DNA from: a virus
Lineage: Duplodnaviria > Caudoviricetes
Length of the DNA stretch: 64,000 nt
Strand: one strand, 5' to 3'
IMG/VR virus record: IMGVR_UViG_3300042402_003952
In this document: in pieces, positions 16,929 to 26,900 of the stretch
Layout: each line of letters begins with the position of its first letter
Numbering within the stretch: the stretch's first letter is position 1
The notes under the pieces: model-generated
Told to the model about the DNA's origin: nothing
Database searches by the model: none
The model's input: the letters and a program-made list of their open reading frames with translations, nothing else
Position numbers and translations under genes: made by a program

Positions 16929-18347
16929 TTAGAAACCTATATCTCCTTTGTTTAATCCTGAATTGAAGTAATCGTCCTCATAGATTGGTTCAAGTTCGCC
17001 AAATCTTAGAGTTAGTTGATATGATGTCATTGTTTTTCCACTATCATTGAATGTCATATAAGTTCCATCTGGCGTATAATCAACATCACATCCAAGAAGA
17101 GCACAATCTTTAATTCTATTTAATGACGGATGATCCTTTGAACCAGAAATGTATTTTATTTGAAAGATGTTCGGTGCCTTTAAAAATACTGTAGTATTAG
17201 AAGTTTTGACCGACATTCCCTGTTTAAAAAACCTAATAATTTTTTTTACATTTTCTGCTTCTTTAGCACTTCTTGGTGAAAGTCTAAATGTAAAATTAAA
17301 ATTTCTTAATGTTGGTCCATTAAAAAGTAATTCTAAATTTGGGTTTAAAATTGCTCCAGTTGTTCTTGATAATAATCCTTGAATACCGACTGCCTCTTGT
17401 GCTAAATATAATTTAAAAGCATTTTGCAAATCTTTATTATTTTTTAGTTCTTTTAAATTTTGAGAAACTTTTCCGAATATATCAGATGCCAAATCTGCTA
17501 CACTACCATTTTCGTCCATAGCACCTCTTGCTATGGATGCTGCATATGCTTGAATTGGATTAAGTGGTGTTCCTCCCCATTCCACTCCATTACTATCACT
17601 AATAGAAGGTTGAATAGGTAGCGTAACTGTTCCTACTATTTCTGTCCCTCTTCTTGTAGTGGCACCGGGACCCGAAATTTTTGTATTTCCAATTGTTTCT
17701 TCTGATATTGCGCCTAGACTTCTGCCTACATATCTAAACATCTTAAATTGAATACAATCTTGTGTATCTAAATTTAATTTGAAAGGATATCTTAAATCAT
17801 CAATGCTTCCATAATTAGTTTCTATTTTTTCAGTATTATCTGATAGCTCTTTATTTCCATCATTTATTTCTAAATTTGCTGGATTGACGTTATCGAGATT
17901 AACCGATTCTTTAGTTGTAGTTCCTAGTGGTTCAGGTTGGTTTGGATCAGATCCTATAGGAGCTTTATTAGGTGCAACTTGTAAGATTTGTGTGGCTTGT
18001 TGTTTAGTTACTCCAGCAGATTTACTTAGTGCATTTGTTGTTGCATCATCTAAAGAAGTGGTTAAACTACTTGGACTATTTTCAATAAGTGCTTTTTGAA
18101 ATCCAGTTCCAGCAGCAGGCGTAAAAATCCAATTATTTTTATTTGTTACATCTCTTTCTCCTAAATTAGTCCAATTCGTTAAAGGAGTAAAAGGTTCTGG
18201 TCTATATTGAACAGTGTATCTAATTGGTGCTGTCGTACTTAAAGTTCCCTGAACTCCAAGTCCGGTTTGATATTCAGTTGCTGTTCTAACCTGATATTTT
18301 TTTCCTTCTATGGTTATTATTTTTTCTCCACTAAAAGCTGATGCCAT
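16929..18347 (-). CDS. gp48: baseplate tail-tube cap
   Basis: LRYP, LPIQPSISDSNGVEW, NPNLELLFNGP.LR.F.FTF motifs. Confidence 0.8.
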   Translation of the reverse strand: MASAFSGEKIITIEGKKYQVRTATEYQTGLGVQGTLSTTAPIRYTVQYRPEPFTPLTNWTNLGERDVTNKNNWIFTPAAGTGFQKALIENSPSSLTTSLDDATTNALSKSAGVTKQQATQILQVAPNKAPIGSDPNQPEPLGTTTKESVNLDNVNPANLEINDGNKELSDNTEKIETNYGSIDDLRYPFKLNLDTQDCIQFKMFRYVGRSLGAISEETIGNTKISGPGATTRRGTEIVGTVTLPIQPSISDSNGVEWGGTPLNPIQAYAASIARGAMDENGSVADLASDIFGKVSQNLKELKNNKDLQNAFKLYLAQEAVGIQGLLSRTTGAILNPNLELLFNGPTLRNFNFTFRLSPRSAKEAENVKKIIRFFKQGMSVKTSNTTVFLKAPNIFQIKYISGSKDHPSLNRIKDCALLGCDVDYTPDGTYMTFNDSGKTMTSYQLTLRFGELEPIYEDDYFNSGLNKGDIGF

Positions 18348-18409
18348 CAGAAATCTCTCCCGTTTACAAGGTGAGCCAGTATCTCAAGTTTTTGTAAAGT
18401 AAGAGACAT
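18347..18409 (-). CDS. possible 20-aa leader peptide (MSLTLQKLEILAHLVNGRDF)
   Basis: Its TGA overlaps the gp48 ATG (TGATG); follows a TAAATA-rich leader. Confidence 0.35.
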   Translation of the reverse strand: MSLTLQKLEILAHLVNGRDF

Positions 18410-18426
18410 TTATAGATGTTTTTTAT

Positions 18427-18813
18427 TTATTTAGTTCTGAATTTTGCATATTGAAGAGAACGAAAATAATCAATTTCATTTGGTTTGATTTCTAATAGTC
18501 TACTATTAACTTCAAACCAGGTGTAGTTTCTAACTGTTCCCCAATGAAAATTAAGACCACGAAATCCCCACTTTTCGATGGAAAGAGTTGCAATTAGTGG
18601 AAATTCGTCATATCTTAATCCTTTTGTTTTTGCTGAGTATATGAAGGTATAATATTTTCCAACGTCAGGAACAAAGTCTCCTTCACGAAAGACTTCCATG
18701 ATAGTCATCATAATATCATCAGGTTTGGTATATTTGTATTTCTTTAGTTTCGCTTTTAGTTCATTAACTCTTTTTGAACTTGATTCAATATATTGACCGA
18801 AACCTTTTGCCAT
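18427..18813 (-). CDS. DNA end-protector-like protein (gp2-like)
   Basis: GKYYTFIY..KT..LRYD.FPLI...WGFRGLNFHW; position next to gp4. Confidence 0.6.
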   Translation of the reverse strand: MAKGFGQYIESSSKRVNELKAKLKKYKYTKPDDIMMTIMEVFREGDFVPDVGKYYTFIYSAKTKGLRYDEFPLIATLSIEKWGFRGLNFHWGTVRNYTWFEVNSRLLEIKPNEIDYFRSLQYAKFRTK

Positions 18814-19256
18814 TACTTAATACCTAGATTATCTTCTGTGATAATTTTGAATCCTATCATTCTATCAGCACAAAATTCTTTTGCTGCCTCCCACTTTGCT
18901 TGATTGACTGCATAAGTTTTTGCTTCGTGTATGTATGATTTTGTCACTCTTGATTTTTTCTGTGGAGGAACAGTTTGTTTCTTTGGTTTTACTTCAATCA
19001 CATAAGTTTTAATTTCGCCAGTTTGCTCTTTAACTTTGATAATAAAGTCTGGAAAATACTTATGAACTCTATTATCAATTGGTGATATGTAAGGAATGTA
19101 AAATTCTTCACTGCCCCAAGAAATTATATGCTCACTTAAATCGCACCAACGACAAAACTTTCGTTCCCAACTACTTCTACAAATAATATTGTTGGGATTC
19201 CCTTTGTATTTTTGAGGATACTCTGGTTTGTATTTGCTCTTAATACTTTCTGCCAT
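18813..19256 (-). CDS. gp4: head completion protein
   Basis: KY.G.P.NII.RSSWE, WGSEE..IPY.SP.D..VH.YFPDF, IEVKP motifs. Confidence 0.92.
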   Translation of the reverse strand: MAESIKSKYKPEYPQKYKGNPNNIICRSSWERKFCRWCDLSEHIISWGSEEFYIPYISPIDNRVHKYFPDFIIKVKEQTGEIKTYVIEVKPKKQTVPPQKKSRVTKSYIHEAKTYAVNQAKWEAAKEFCADRMIGFKIITEDNLGIK

Positions 19257-19299
19257 TATCCAGACTACATAATATATCAGTAGAAATATTTATAGATAG

Positions 19300-20154
19300 A
19301 TGCCTTCGCCATCACCAAGACCTAGAACAGTATCTGAGTTAAAGTCATCTATATTAAATCCCGCATTAACTTCTCACTTTGAGTGCTCTTTTAATCCGCC
19401 GCAACCTGTAAGAGATTGGGTTAATTTGCATAGAAACAATGCGGGACTTGGAAATGGTTATGGATTTGAAATTAGTGGATCGTCTGCAGAGTTCTTTAAC
19501 CTATCTTGTTCCGATGCATCATTACCTGGTTCTTCATTAGCAACTCATGAAATTAATAATGACTTCACCGGAGTAACTGAAAGGCACGTATACAGAAGAC
19601 AGTATGATGATAGAGCAGACTTTACTTTCTATGTTGATCATGATTATAATATAATTTTCTTTTTTGAGAATTGGATGTCTTACATTGTAAACGAACAGTA
19701 TACTAATGTTGCGACTGGAGTTCCAAATGCAGGAATAGAATTGCCTAATTTTAATTACAGAGTTAATTTTCCTGGATTAGGAGATGGTGATGGATATAAA
19801 ACAACAATATATCTTAAAAAATTTGAGAGAGACTACACCGGAAGAGTATTGCAGTATAGATTTTTGAATGCATATCCAATTAGTATTAATTCAATGCCAG
19901 TTTCTTATGATTCATCTCAATTACTAAAATGCACTGTCTCCTTTAATTATTCAAGATATATTGTTGGTGGTGGTGATATTCTTGTTCCACCAAAACAAGA
20001 GCAAACTCCAACACAACAAGCTGAACAGCAAGCAGTACAACAAGCACCTGCTTCTTCTCCAGGAAATCCAGTAGTTCCTGATGAATTAGTTGAGTATGGA
20101 GTATGGCCTAGACCGTTGACAAATTATGCTGGGCAACGTCTATTTCCAGACTAA
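19300..20154 (+). CDS. tail-tube-fold protein (gp19/gp54-like tube initiator)
   Basis: C..ASLPG, FTFYVD, FFENW, NAYP.SI...VSY, TVSFNY motifs. Confidence 0.75.
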   Translation: MPSPSPRPRTVSELKSSILNPALTSHFECSFNPPQPVRDWVNLHRNNAGLGNGYGFEISGSSAEFFNLSCSDASLPGSSLATHEINNDFTGVTERHVYRRQYDDRADFTFYVDHDYNIIFFFENWMSYIVNEQYTNVATGVPNAGIELPNFNYRVNFPGLGDGDGYKTTIYLKKFERDYTGRVLQYRFLNAYPISINSMPVSYDSSQLLKCTVSFNYSRYIVGGGDILVPPKQEQTPTQQAEQQAVQQAPASSPGNPVVPDELVEYGVWPRPLTNYAGQRLFPD

Positions 20155-20184
20155 ATAATCATACTGAAACTTCTATAGGTTATT

Positions 20185-20904
20185 ATGCCTTTACCAAAGA
20201 TCTCTACGCCAACACATGAGTTGGAACTACCTTCTACTGGGCAAACGATTCAGTATCGCCCTTTTCTTGTGCGAGAAGAAAAACTTCTTGTATTAGCACT
20301 TGAAAGTGAGAATACCAAAGAAATTACAACAGCAATTAAGAACGTTATTAAGAATTGTATTCAAACAAAAGGAGTAAAGGTAGAATCGCTACCTACTTTT
20401 GATATTGAGTATCTTTTCCTTAATATTCGCGGTAAATCTGTTGGAGAAGAGATTGAAGTTAATATTGTTTGTCCAGATGATGGAGAAACTTATGTTCCAG
20501 TGAAGATTGATATTGATGAAATTAAAGTGCAAAAAAATGAAGAGCATACAACTAAAATTCAAGTAGATCAATCTATCGTGATGGAAATGAAGTATCCGTC
20601 ATTGGATCAATTCATTAAAAATAACTTTGATTTTAATGAAAACAATTCAATGGATCAGTCATTTGATCTAGTTGCTTCTTGTGTAGACAAGATTTATAAT
20701 GAAGAAGAAGTCTGGTCTGCTGCTGATGTAACAAAGAAAGAACTGATTGAGTTTTTGGATCAAATGAACTCATCTCAATTCAAACAGATTGAAAAGTTCT
20801 TTGAAACAATGCCAAAACTTTCTCATACTGTTAAAGTCAAGAATCCAAATACTGAAGTTGAAAGTGAAGTTGTGTTGGAGGGTTTGTCCAGTTTTTTCGC
20901 ATAG
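20185..20904 (+). CDS. gp26: baseplate hub assembly protein
   Basis: MPLPKI.TP..EL.LPS, YRPFLV.EEK.L, FDIEYLFL.IR.KSVGE motifs. Confidence 0.9.
   Translation: MPLPKISTPTHELELPSTGQTIQYRPFLVREEKLLVLALESENTKEITTAIKNVIKNCIQTKGVKVESLPTFDIEYLFLNIRGKSVGEEIEVNIVCPDDGETYVPVKIDIDEIKVQKNEEHTTKIQVDQSIVMEMKYPSLDQFIKNNFDFNENNSMDQSFDLVASCVDKIYNEEEVWSAADVTKKELIEFLDQMNSSQFKQIEKFFETMPKLSHTVKVKNPNTEVESEVVLEGLSSFFA
20892..20898 (+). other. candidate -1 ribosomal frameshift site T TTT TTC
   Basis: X XXY YYZ heptamer two codons before the gp26 stop; the -1 frame is open to 21077. Confidence 0.55.
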
Positions 20905-20921
20905 GACTTTGTTATATAGAT

Positions 20922-21077
20922 TTGGAAAATTATTACAAACTTAATTTTTCATTGATGCAATACCATAAATGGAGTTTATGGGAAATTGAAGGACTGATGC
21001 CTTGGGAAAGAGATGTTTATGTTTCTTTATTAAAAAATTACTTGGAAGAAGAAAAAGCAAAACAACAGCAACAATAG
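20922..21077 (+). CDS. gp51: gp51-like baseplate hub assembly protein (LENYYKLNFSLMQYHKWSLWEIEGLMPWERDVY...)
   Basis: Not in track. Recognisable motif; no ATG at the usual MDLEN position (ATA GAT TTG); reachable by frameshift, TTG 20922 or ATG 20955. Confidence 0.75.
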   Translation: MENYYKLNFSLMQYHKWSLWEIEGLMPWERDVYVSLLKNYLEEEKAKQQQQ

Positions 21078-21092
21078 TAATAATAATTTAAA

Positions 21093-21752
21093 TTAATTAA
21101 TTTGAATTCTATTTGCAGGATCAATTCCTCTTTTTTTCTGGTATCTTGTTAATGGTCCCGCAGTGCTTATGAAATTACTTATGGTGCATTTATATTTTTT
21201 GCTATTTGTTATATTTGCACCTTTTATTCCGTCTTCTCTCATTTGTTCTTTTGTTCTATCAAAATATCCAATTTTTAGATCTTTTACTTTATAACCACCA
21301 CTTCTTCCATCTAATATTTTTTGGTTTTTATTTCTAGCAAAAATTCCTTTTTTTAATTTTTTTACTTTTTCTCCGGATTTTTTTCTTGCTTTTTGTTTTT
21401 CTTCTTCAGTTATTCCGTATATTCCTTTTTTTAAATTTAGACTATTAAATCCATTCTTTCTTTTTGTATCTAGTGAAAAATTTCCACCGCATCCTTCATT
21501 CAAACACCAAGGATCATTAAGAACTGGTTTTATCAATCTATCCTCTACCTTTCTACATTTTTCATAACCCTCATCAGAGTAATCAAATATCTCTAATATC
21601 TGTTTCTTTGGAGTATAAAGTTCCCAACCCCATTTGTTTGTTTTAGGTGAACCCCAGTACTCTTGATTATAATATTTTTCTTTTTTACTTCCATAGTAAT
21701 AATACGGAACTTCTTCAAAGGTAATCTTATACGTATAGATACATGGTTTCAT
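21093..21752 (-). CDS. free-standing GIY-YIG (Seg-like) homing endonuclease
   Basis: IYTYKI...YYYGS, YWGS, E..LI...LN motifs; repeated KKGI(F/Y) C-terminal modules. Confidence 0.85.
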   Translation of the reverse strand: MKPCIYTYKITFEEVPYYYYGSKKEKYYNQEYWGSPKTNKWGWELYTPKKQILEIFDYSDEGYEKCRKVEDRLIKPVLNDPWCLNEGCGGNFSLDTKRKNGFNSLNLKKGIYGITEEEKQKARKKSGEKVKKLKKGIFARNKNQKILDGRSGGYKVKDLKIGYFDRTKEQMREDGIKGANITNSKKYKCTISNFISTAGPLTRYQKKRGIDPANRIQIN

Positions 21753-21761
21753 AATTCTACT

Positions 21762-21832
21762 CTAGATGTCTGCATTTATATTTATAAAATAGAGGGAATT
21801 TCACCCTCTTCCTGAAGTTTGCAGACATCCAG
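21762..21832 (-). promoter_or_regulatory. hairpin enclosing a late promoter upstream of the GIY-YIG gene
   Basis: GATGTCTGCA (21765-21774) / TGCAGACATC (21820-21829); TATAAATA on the minus strand at 21779-21786. Confidence 0.7.
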
Positions 21833-21861
21833 GTATCGTTATTTATGCTGTTGATAAATAT

Positions 21862-21909
21862 AATTATCTAGAAGAAGAAAAAGAAAAGCAGCAACAAAAT
21901 GGGACCTGA
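21862..21909 (+). pseudogene. orphaned original 3' end of gp51 (NYLEEEKEKQQQNGT*)
   Basis: Duplicate of NYLEEEKAKQQQQ at 21036-21074; overlaps the ATG of the next gene. Confidence 0.7.
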
Positions 21910-23980
21910 CGAACTAGACGATCTACTGGCAAGTATTAGAGCGGAATCTAAAAGAGAATCCGCTTCAACTTTGTATGAAGGAACTGCAGAAGAGGATCTT
22001 GTAAACGAAGAAGTAGATGAAAGAGTTTTAACTTTACTTGGTCTTAATGAAGTTTTTGATATTGATTATGGAACTTATATCTCTCTTTTAAAAGAAAAAT
22101 TAGTTGCGTCTAGAAATTTTGATAAAAAACTTTCCACTGAAGAAGATGAGTTATTAGTTGGAGAGTTTAAAAGAGTAAAAGGAAAAGTAGGTAAATTCAA
22201 ATTAAAAAGAAAGAAAGTTACTTCGGATAATATTGGAGTAACTGGTCCTATTCGTGTATCATCAGACAAGTTTTTATTGACTGGAAAGGCAATAGTTCCA
22301 GAAACTGCTCCAGCAGAAACTTCTAGTGACATCGTAGATATTCAGAAAGCATTAGATAATATTCTAAAAAATCTTTCACTCCAAAATAAAGAAAAGAAAA
22401 AGGCGAGTGAAGATGAGAGAAAGAAGAGTGAAGATAGAAGAAGAAAAAAAAGAGAAGGTGATTTAGAAAAACCGCTTACACAACTAAAGGCACTTGCAAA
22501 GAAAATCATTGCACCCGCTCAAGGTATTCTTGATCGTATTTTCAGGTTTATTAAATTCACTTTACTTGGTTATGCTTTTAATCAGTTAATAAAATGGTTT
22601 AATGATCCTAAAAATGCTGACAAAATAAAAGTACTTGGTAGGTTTTTAAAGGATTGGTGGCCTTCATTACTTTCTGCTTATGTATTATTTGCAACTCCAT
22701 TTGGTAAGTTCATACGTGGAACTCTTAAAATGTTAAGAGGATTTATTCCTCAAATTGCAAGATTCATTGCGGCAAATCCAGTTTTGGTAGCAACTGCGGC
22801 AGCAGGAGTAGGTGCTTATGTAATATCTCAAAAAAATGAGTCATATAGAGAGGAACTTAAAAAAACCCAACCGTCTATTGTCACTCCAAAGGAAACTAAA
22901 GAAACTGGAAAGACGCCTGGAGTTCCTCAACTACAGCAAGAACAAGTGTTCCAAAGAGGATTGGGTGGAGCATTTAAAGGTGGAGGTATTGTTCCTAGAA
23001 TTAGAAAGTCTTTCTTTGGTGGTGGTTTAATCCAAAGAGAAATAGATGCAAGAGATATTGCATTTGAAGGTGGTGGTGGAATTAGTGATGATACAGGTGT
23101 AAGAATTAAAGGTGCAGGTGTTGATACGCAACTGATTGCTGCAAGACCTGGTGAAGTCGTAATGTCAAAAGAAGCAGTTGACAAATATGGTGCAAACTTC
23201 TTCTTGGATCTAAACAAAAAAGGTGGTGGAACTGGTGTTCCAAGAATGGTAAACAATATTCAACTTGCTGCTGGAGGTGGATTAATTAAGAGAACAATTA
23301 AGTCCTATCAAGGTGGTGGAATGATTGGTTCTCTTGGTAGAGTTCTTCCTGGAACAGGAAGTGTTATGGCACCTAGAGGTATGAATCTTGGATATCAAAA
23401 TAAGTTTTTAGGAATGAATGTTGGTGGAGTAAAAAATCTACCACTCAATCAAACATATTCCCCAGATGCGGTCAAGAGATATAATGCAAATTCAAGTGCT
23501 CCAAGTTCTTTAGTTAAATTTGGAACTGGACCCCTTGCAGAAAGATCTGTAAGTATTCCAAAATCATCTTCATCTAAAAACTCTTTTGCAATACCACCAA
23601 GTAGTGTTTCTAGACCACCAATGTCAAAACCACCGACTGGTCTTAATTTGAATCTGAAGCAAAATATTCAAACCATTCGTGATGCTTCAAACAGACAAGA
23701 AAAGATGATGAGAGAACTTGGTGTTGAACCTGATGGATATGTAAATCTCCGTGGACAACCTCTTAATCTTGGTCCACAAAGTCGCTCTATGGCACCTCCA
23801 GGACCTCCTGTAATCTATACAAAGACAACTTATACAGTTCTTCCACCAATTAAAGCACCAACTAAGACGCCTGCAATTGCAAGAGGTTCTAAAATTCCAG
23901 AATTTTCAGTTTCAAGTGTCAATGATACACGCTCAAAAAATGCTTCAATTTTAGGAATTGCTGATCTTATAGGAGCATAA
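21899..23980 (+). CDS. tape-measure-like tail protein A
   Basis: Charged coil, TM-like segments, PGEVV..KEAV.KYG motif; position after gp26/gp51. Confidence 0.7.
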   Translation: MGPDELDDLLASIRAESKRESASTLYEGTAEEDLVNEEVDERVLTLLGLNEVFDIDYGTYISLLKEKLVASRNFDKKLSTEEDELLVGEFKRVKGKVGKFKLKRKKVTSDNIGVTGPIRVSSDKFLLTGKAIVPETAPAETSSDIVDIQKALDNILKNLSLQNKEKKKASEDERKKSEDRRRKKREGDLEKPLTQLKALAKKIIAPAQGILDRIFRFIKFTLLGYAFNQLIKWFNDPKNADKIKVLGRFLKDWWPSLLSAYVLFATPFGKFIRGTLKMLRGFIPQIARFIAANPVLVATAAAGVGAYVISQKNESYREELKKTQPSIVTPKETKETGKTPGVPQLQQEQVFQRGLGGAFKGGGIVPRIRKSFFGGGLIQREIDARDIAFEGGGGISDDTGVRIKGAGVDTQLIAARPGEVVMSKEAVDKYGANFFLDLNKKGGGTGVPRMVNNIQLAAGGGLIKRTIKSYQGGGMIGSLGRVLPGTGSVMAPRGMNLGYQNKFLGMNVGGVKNLPLNQTYSPDAVKRYNANSSAPSSLVKFGTGPLAERSVSIPKSSSSKNSFAIPPSSVSRPPMSKPPTGLNLNLKQNIQTIRDASNRQEKMMRELGVEPDGYVNLRGQPLNLGPQSRSMAPPGPPVIYTKTTYTVLPPIKAPTKTPAIARGSKIPEFSVSSVNDTRSKNASILGIADLIGA

Positions 23981-23984
23981 TAAG

Positions 23985-26900
23985 ATGGCAACGATAGATT
24001 CTAGAAAACTATTACCATCAAGCACTAAAGGTAGTGCGATTGATAAACCAAAGTTTCTTGTTCCTATTAAAAATATTTCCACTAAAAAAATTAGTGGATC
24101 TGATTTAAAACCAATTGATAAAAAAACAGAAACTTCTGGATCTCTTGTTGTTTTAAAGAAAAAGATTATCAAACTTGATAGTCTAATTCAAAATAATCTA
24201 CTGATAGACCAAAAAGAAAGAACAAGAAAAAGAAAAGAAGAGGAAAGATCAAAGGTAGAAAAAAGAGAAGCAGATCTTGAAAAAGGAGTAAAGAAAAATA
24301 ATGTAAGAATAAATTTAATTTCATCTATTCCTGGACAAAGTATTCTTGATAAAATTAATCGTTTTATTGGATTTACTTTACTTGGTTATTTGTTCAACAA
24401 GTATGGAGAACTTCTTCCAAAACTTATGGAGTTTGGAAAGGTTCTAAAACCAGTTGCAGAGTTTGTTGAAAGTTTTGCTAAAAATCTTCTTAAAGGTGTA
24501 ATTGATTTTGTTGAATTTGGTTATAAGGCATACGATAAGACAAGAGATTTTGTTAAACAGATAGGCGGAGAAGGAGCACAAAAAACATTTGATGAGTTTT
24601 CAAAGCAGTTAAATCTTCTTTTGAATGGAGCTATAGCAGCTTCAATGTTGATTGCAAGTAGTAAACCCAAACCTACATCTACTGGTAGTGGTTCTTTCGG
24701 TGCAGGATACGCTTCAGGATATGCTGCTGGACTTTCTGCTAGTCGTGGAGGTAGACCTGGAGCTGGATTTAGAGATCCATCAAGATATCGTTCTCCTGGA
24801 CAAGCAAGATCTGGCGGATTTGATCTGGAACAAACTAGAAGAATAAACACTCAAGCAAATAGTGCAGCACCAACTGGCCCAAAAGGACCTTTAGATAGGA
24901 TTAGTCGTGGTATTAGAGGAGCGGGAGCACAACTTGAAACTGGAACTTTATTTAAAAGAGGTGCAGGACTTCAAAAATCTTTATATAATGCTCCAGGAAA
25001 AATAAAAAGTATATCATCAAAACTTGGTGGATTTGGTGGAAAGATATTTGGCAGAATTCCAATTATTGGTGGATTAATTAATTTTGCAATTAGTCTTGCT
25101 TTAGGTGAAGATCCCGGAAGAGCAGCGGCTAAAGCGGTTGGTTCTACTGCTGGCGCTGCCTTGGGGACATTTATTCCTGTTCCTGGTGTTGGAACTATTC
25201 TTGGTGGTATTCTTGGTGATATTGCCGGTGGAGCATTATATGATACTCTAATTGGCAATAAACAAAAACCACAAGGTCGGGCAGAAGGTGGACAAGTAAC
25301 TAGAGGCGGTCAATCGACAGTAGCACCTTCAAGAAGGATAAAAAAACCGGTAAGAAAAGCACCACCAAGAATTCAACCACAAAAAACACAACCAGGAAAA
25401 GATGTTGGTGGCAAATTAAAGATTGAAGAACTTTATGGTAAGGACGAACCAGGAAAGAGAAGTGCATTAAGAGCACTCCGAAAGAGTTCTGATGATGTTA
25501 AGAGGATGAAATCCATTAACGGACTTGCTGGTTCAATGTTTGGTGCTGGTATTGATATGGCACTTGGACAAAAGCCAGATAAAAATCTTTCAAAAAATCT
25601 TGGAAATATTTTTGGATCTGTGATTGCTTCTGCAGTTGATATGGAACTTAATAACTCTCTTGGTGATATTTCTAAAACTATTGCGATGGCAAATGGTGGC
25701 GTAGTTCCTTCACGAGAGATTGGAAAGAGTTTGAGTATTGGTGAAAGAATAGGTAGTTTTATTTCAAGAGCACTTGCAGTTTCTATTGAGAGTTCCGCTT
25801 CAAAGATACTTCAGAATTTACGTAATGAAATGAATTTGGAAGGTGGTGCTCCTGGCACAACACCTTCCGACGGTGGACCTGGTGGTGGCGGTGGAGAAAT
25901 TCCAGGCGATGCTCCACCAGAAGTTAAGGCAATGCTTGAAGCAATTTCTGCTGGGGAAGGAAGTTGGGATTCTGTAAATCCATCAACAACAGTACCTGGA
26001 TTAAGTAATATGACAATTGCTGATGCTCGTAAGGCTGCAATAGCAAAAGGTGTGGATCAACTTGGCGGATCTGGTGCGATGGGTAAGTGGCAGCAAATGC
26101 CGGCATTTATTCTTGAAAGAGCAAGAGATGTGGGGTTAGATCCAAATAAAGATAAATTTAATCCAGAAAATCAAACCAAAATTGCTAGAATGTTGATGGC
26201 ATCCGTTTATCCCGGAGGAGAATCACAATTAGTTAAAGATGCTCAGAGAGATCCAATGTCTGCTGCAGCAAAGTTGAGAGGAACATGGCCTTCTTTGCCT
26301 GGAGGAAGTCAAGCAAATACTAAAGAGAAGAAATTTAGAGAAAATTTTGCAAAAGCTTTGCAATCATACAAGTCTCCAAGTGCAGTTCTAACAAAAGGTT
26401 CTTTTGCATCAGTTCTTCCAAGAGGAAATCCACAATTTACTAGTGGTTTTGGTTCTAGATGGGGAAGAAACCATCAAGGTATTGATATTGGTGTTGATGC
26501 AAATTCTCCAGTTACTGCTCTACAGGATGGAAAGGTAGTTGCAATTTATAAAAACTTTGGAGGACATGGAGTAGGAATTGTTGTTCAGCATTCTGATGGA
26601 ACTAAAATCGTTTATGGACACGTAAATGCAAATGTAAGAGAGGGAGATACAGTTAAAAAGGGACAAACAATAGCAACAGTTAAAGGTTGGTTTAACGCAT
26701 ATGGAAATAAAGATAATACGCACTTGCACCTAGAAAGATATGTTGGTGGAGCTGCTACAGATCCAACAGGATATTTAAATTCACTATCTAAATCACAACC
26801 AGATACTCGTCCAGCATCCTCACCACCTTCTCAGGTTAGAACTAAATTAACTAGAAGTAATCAGTGGGACCCTTCTAAGTCTGGACTTAAGTTTAATGAA

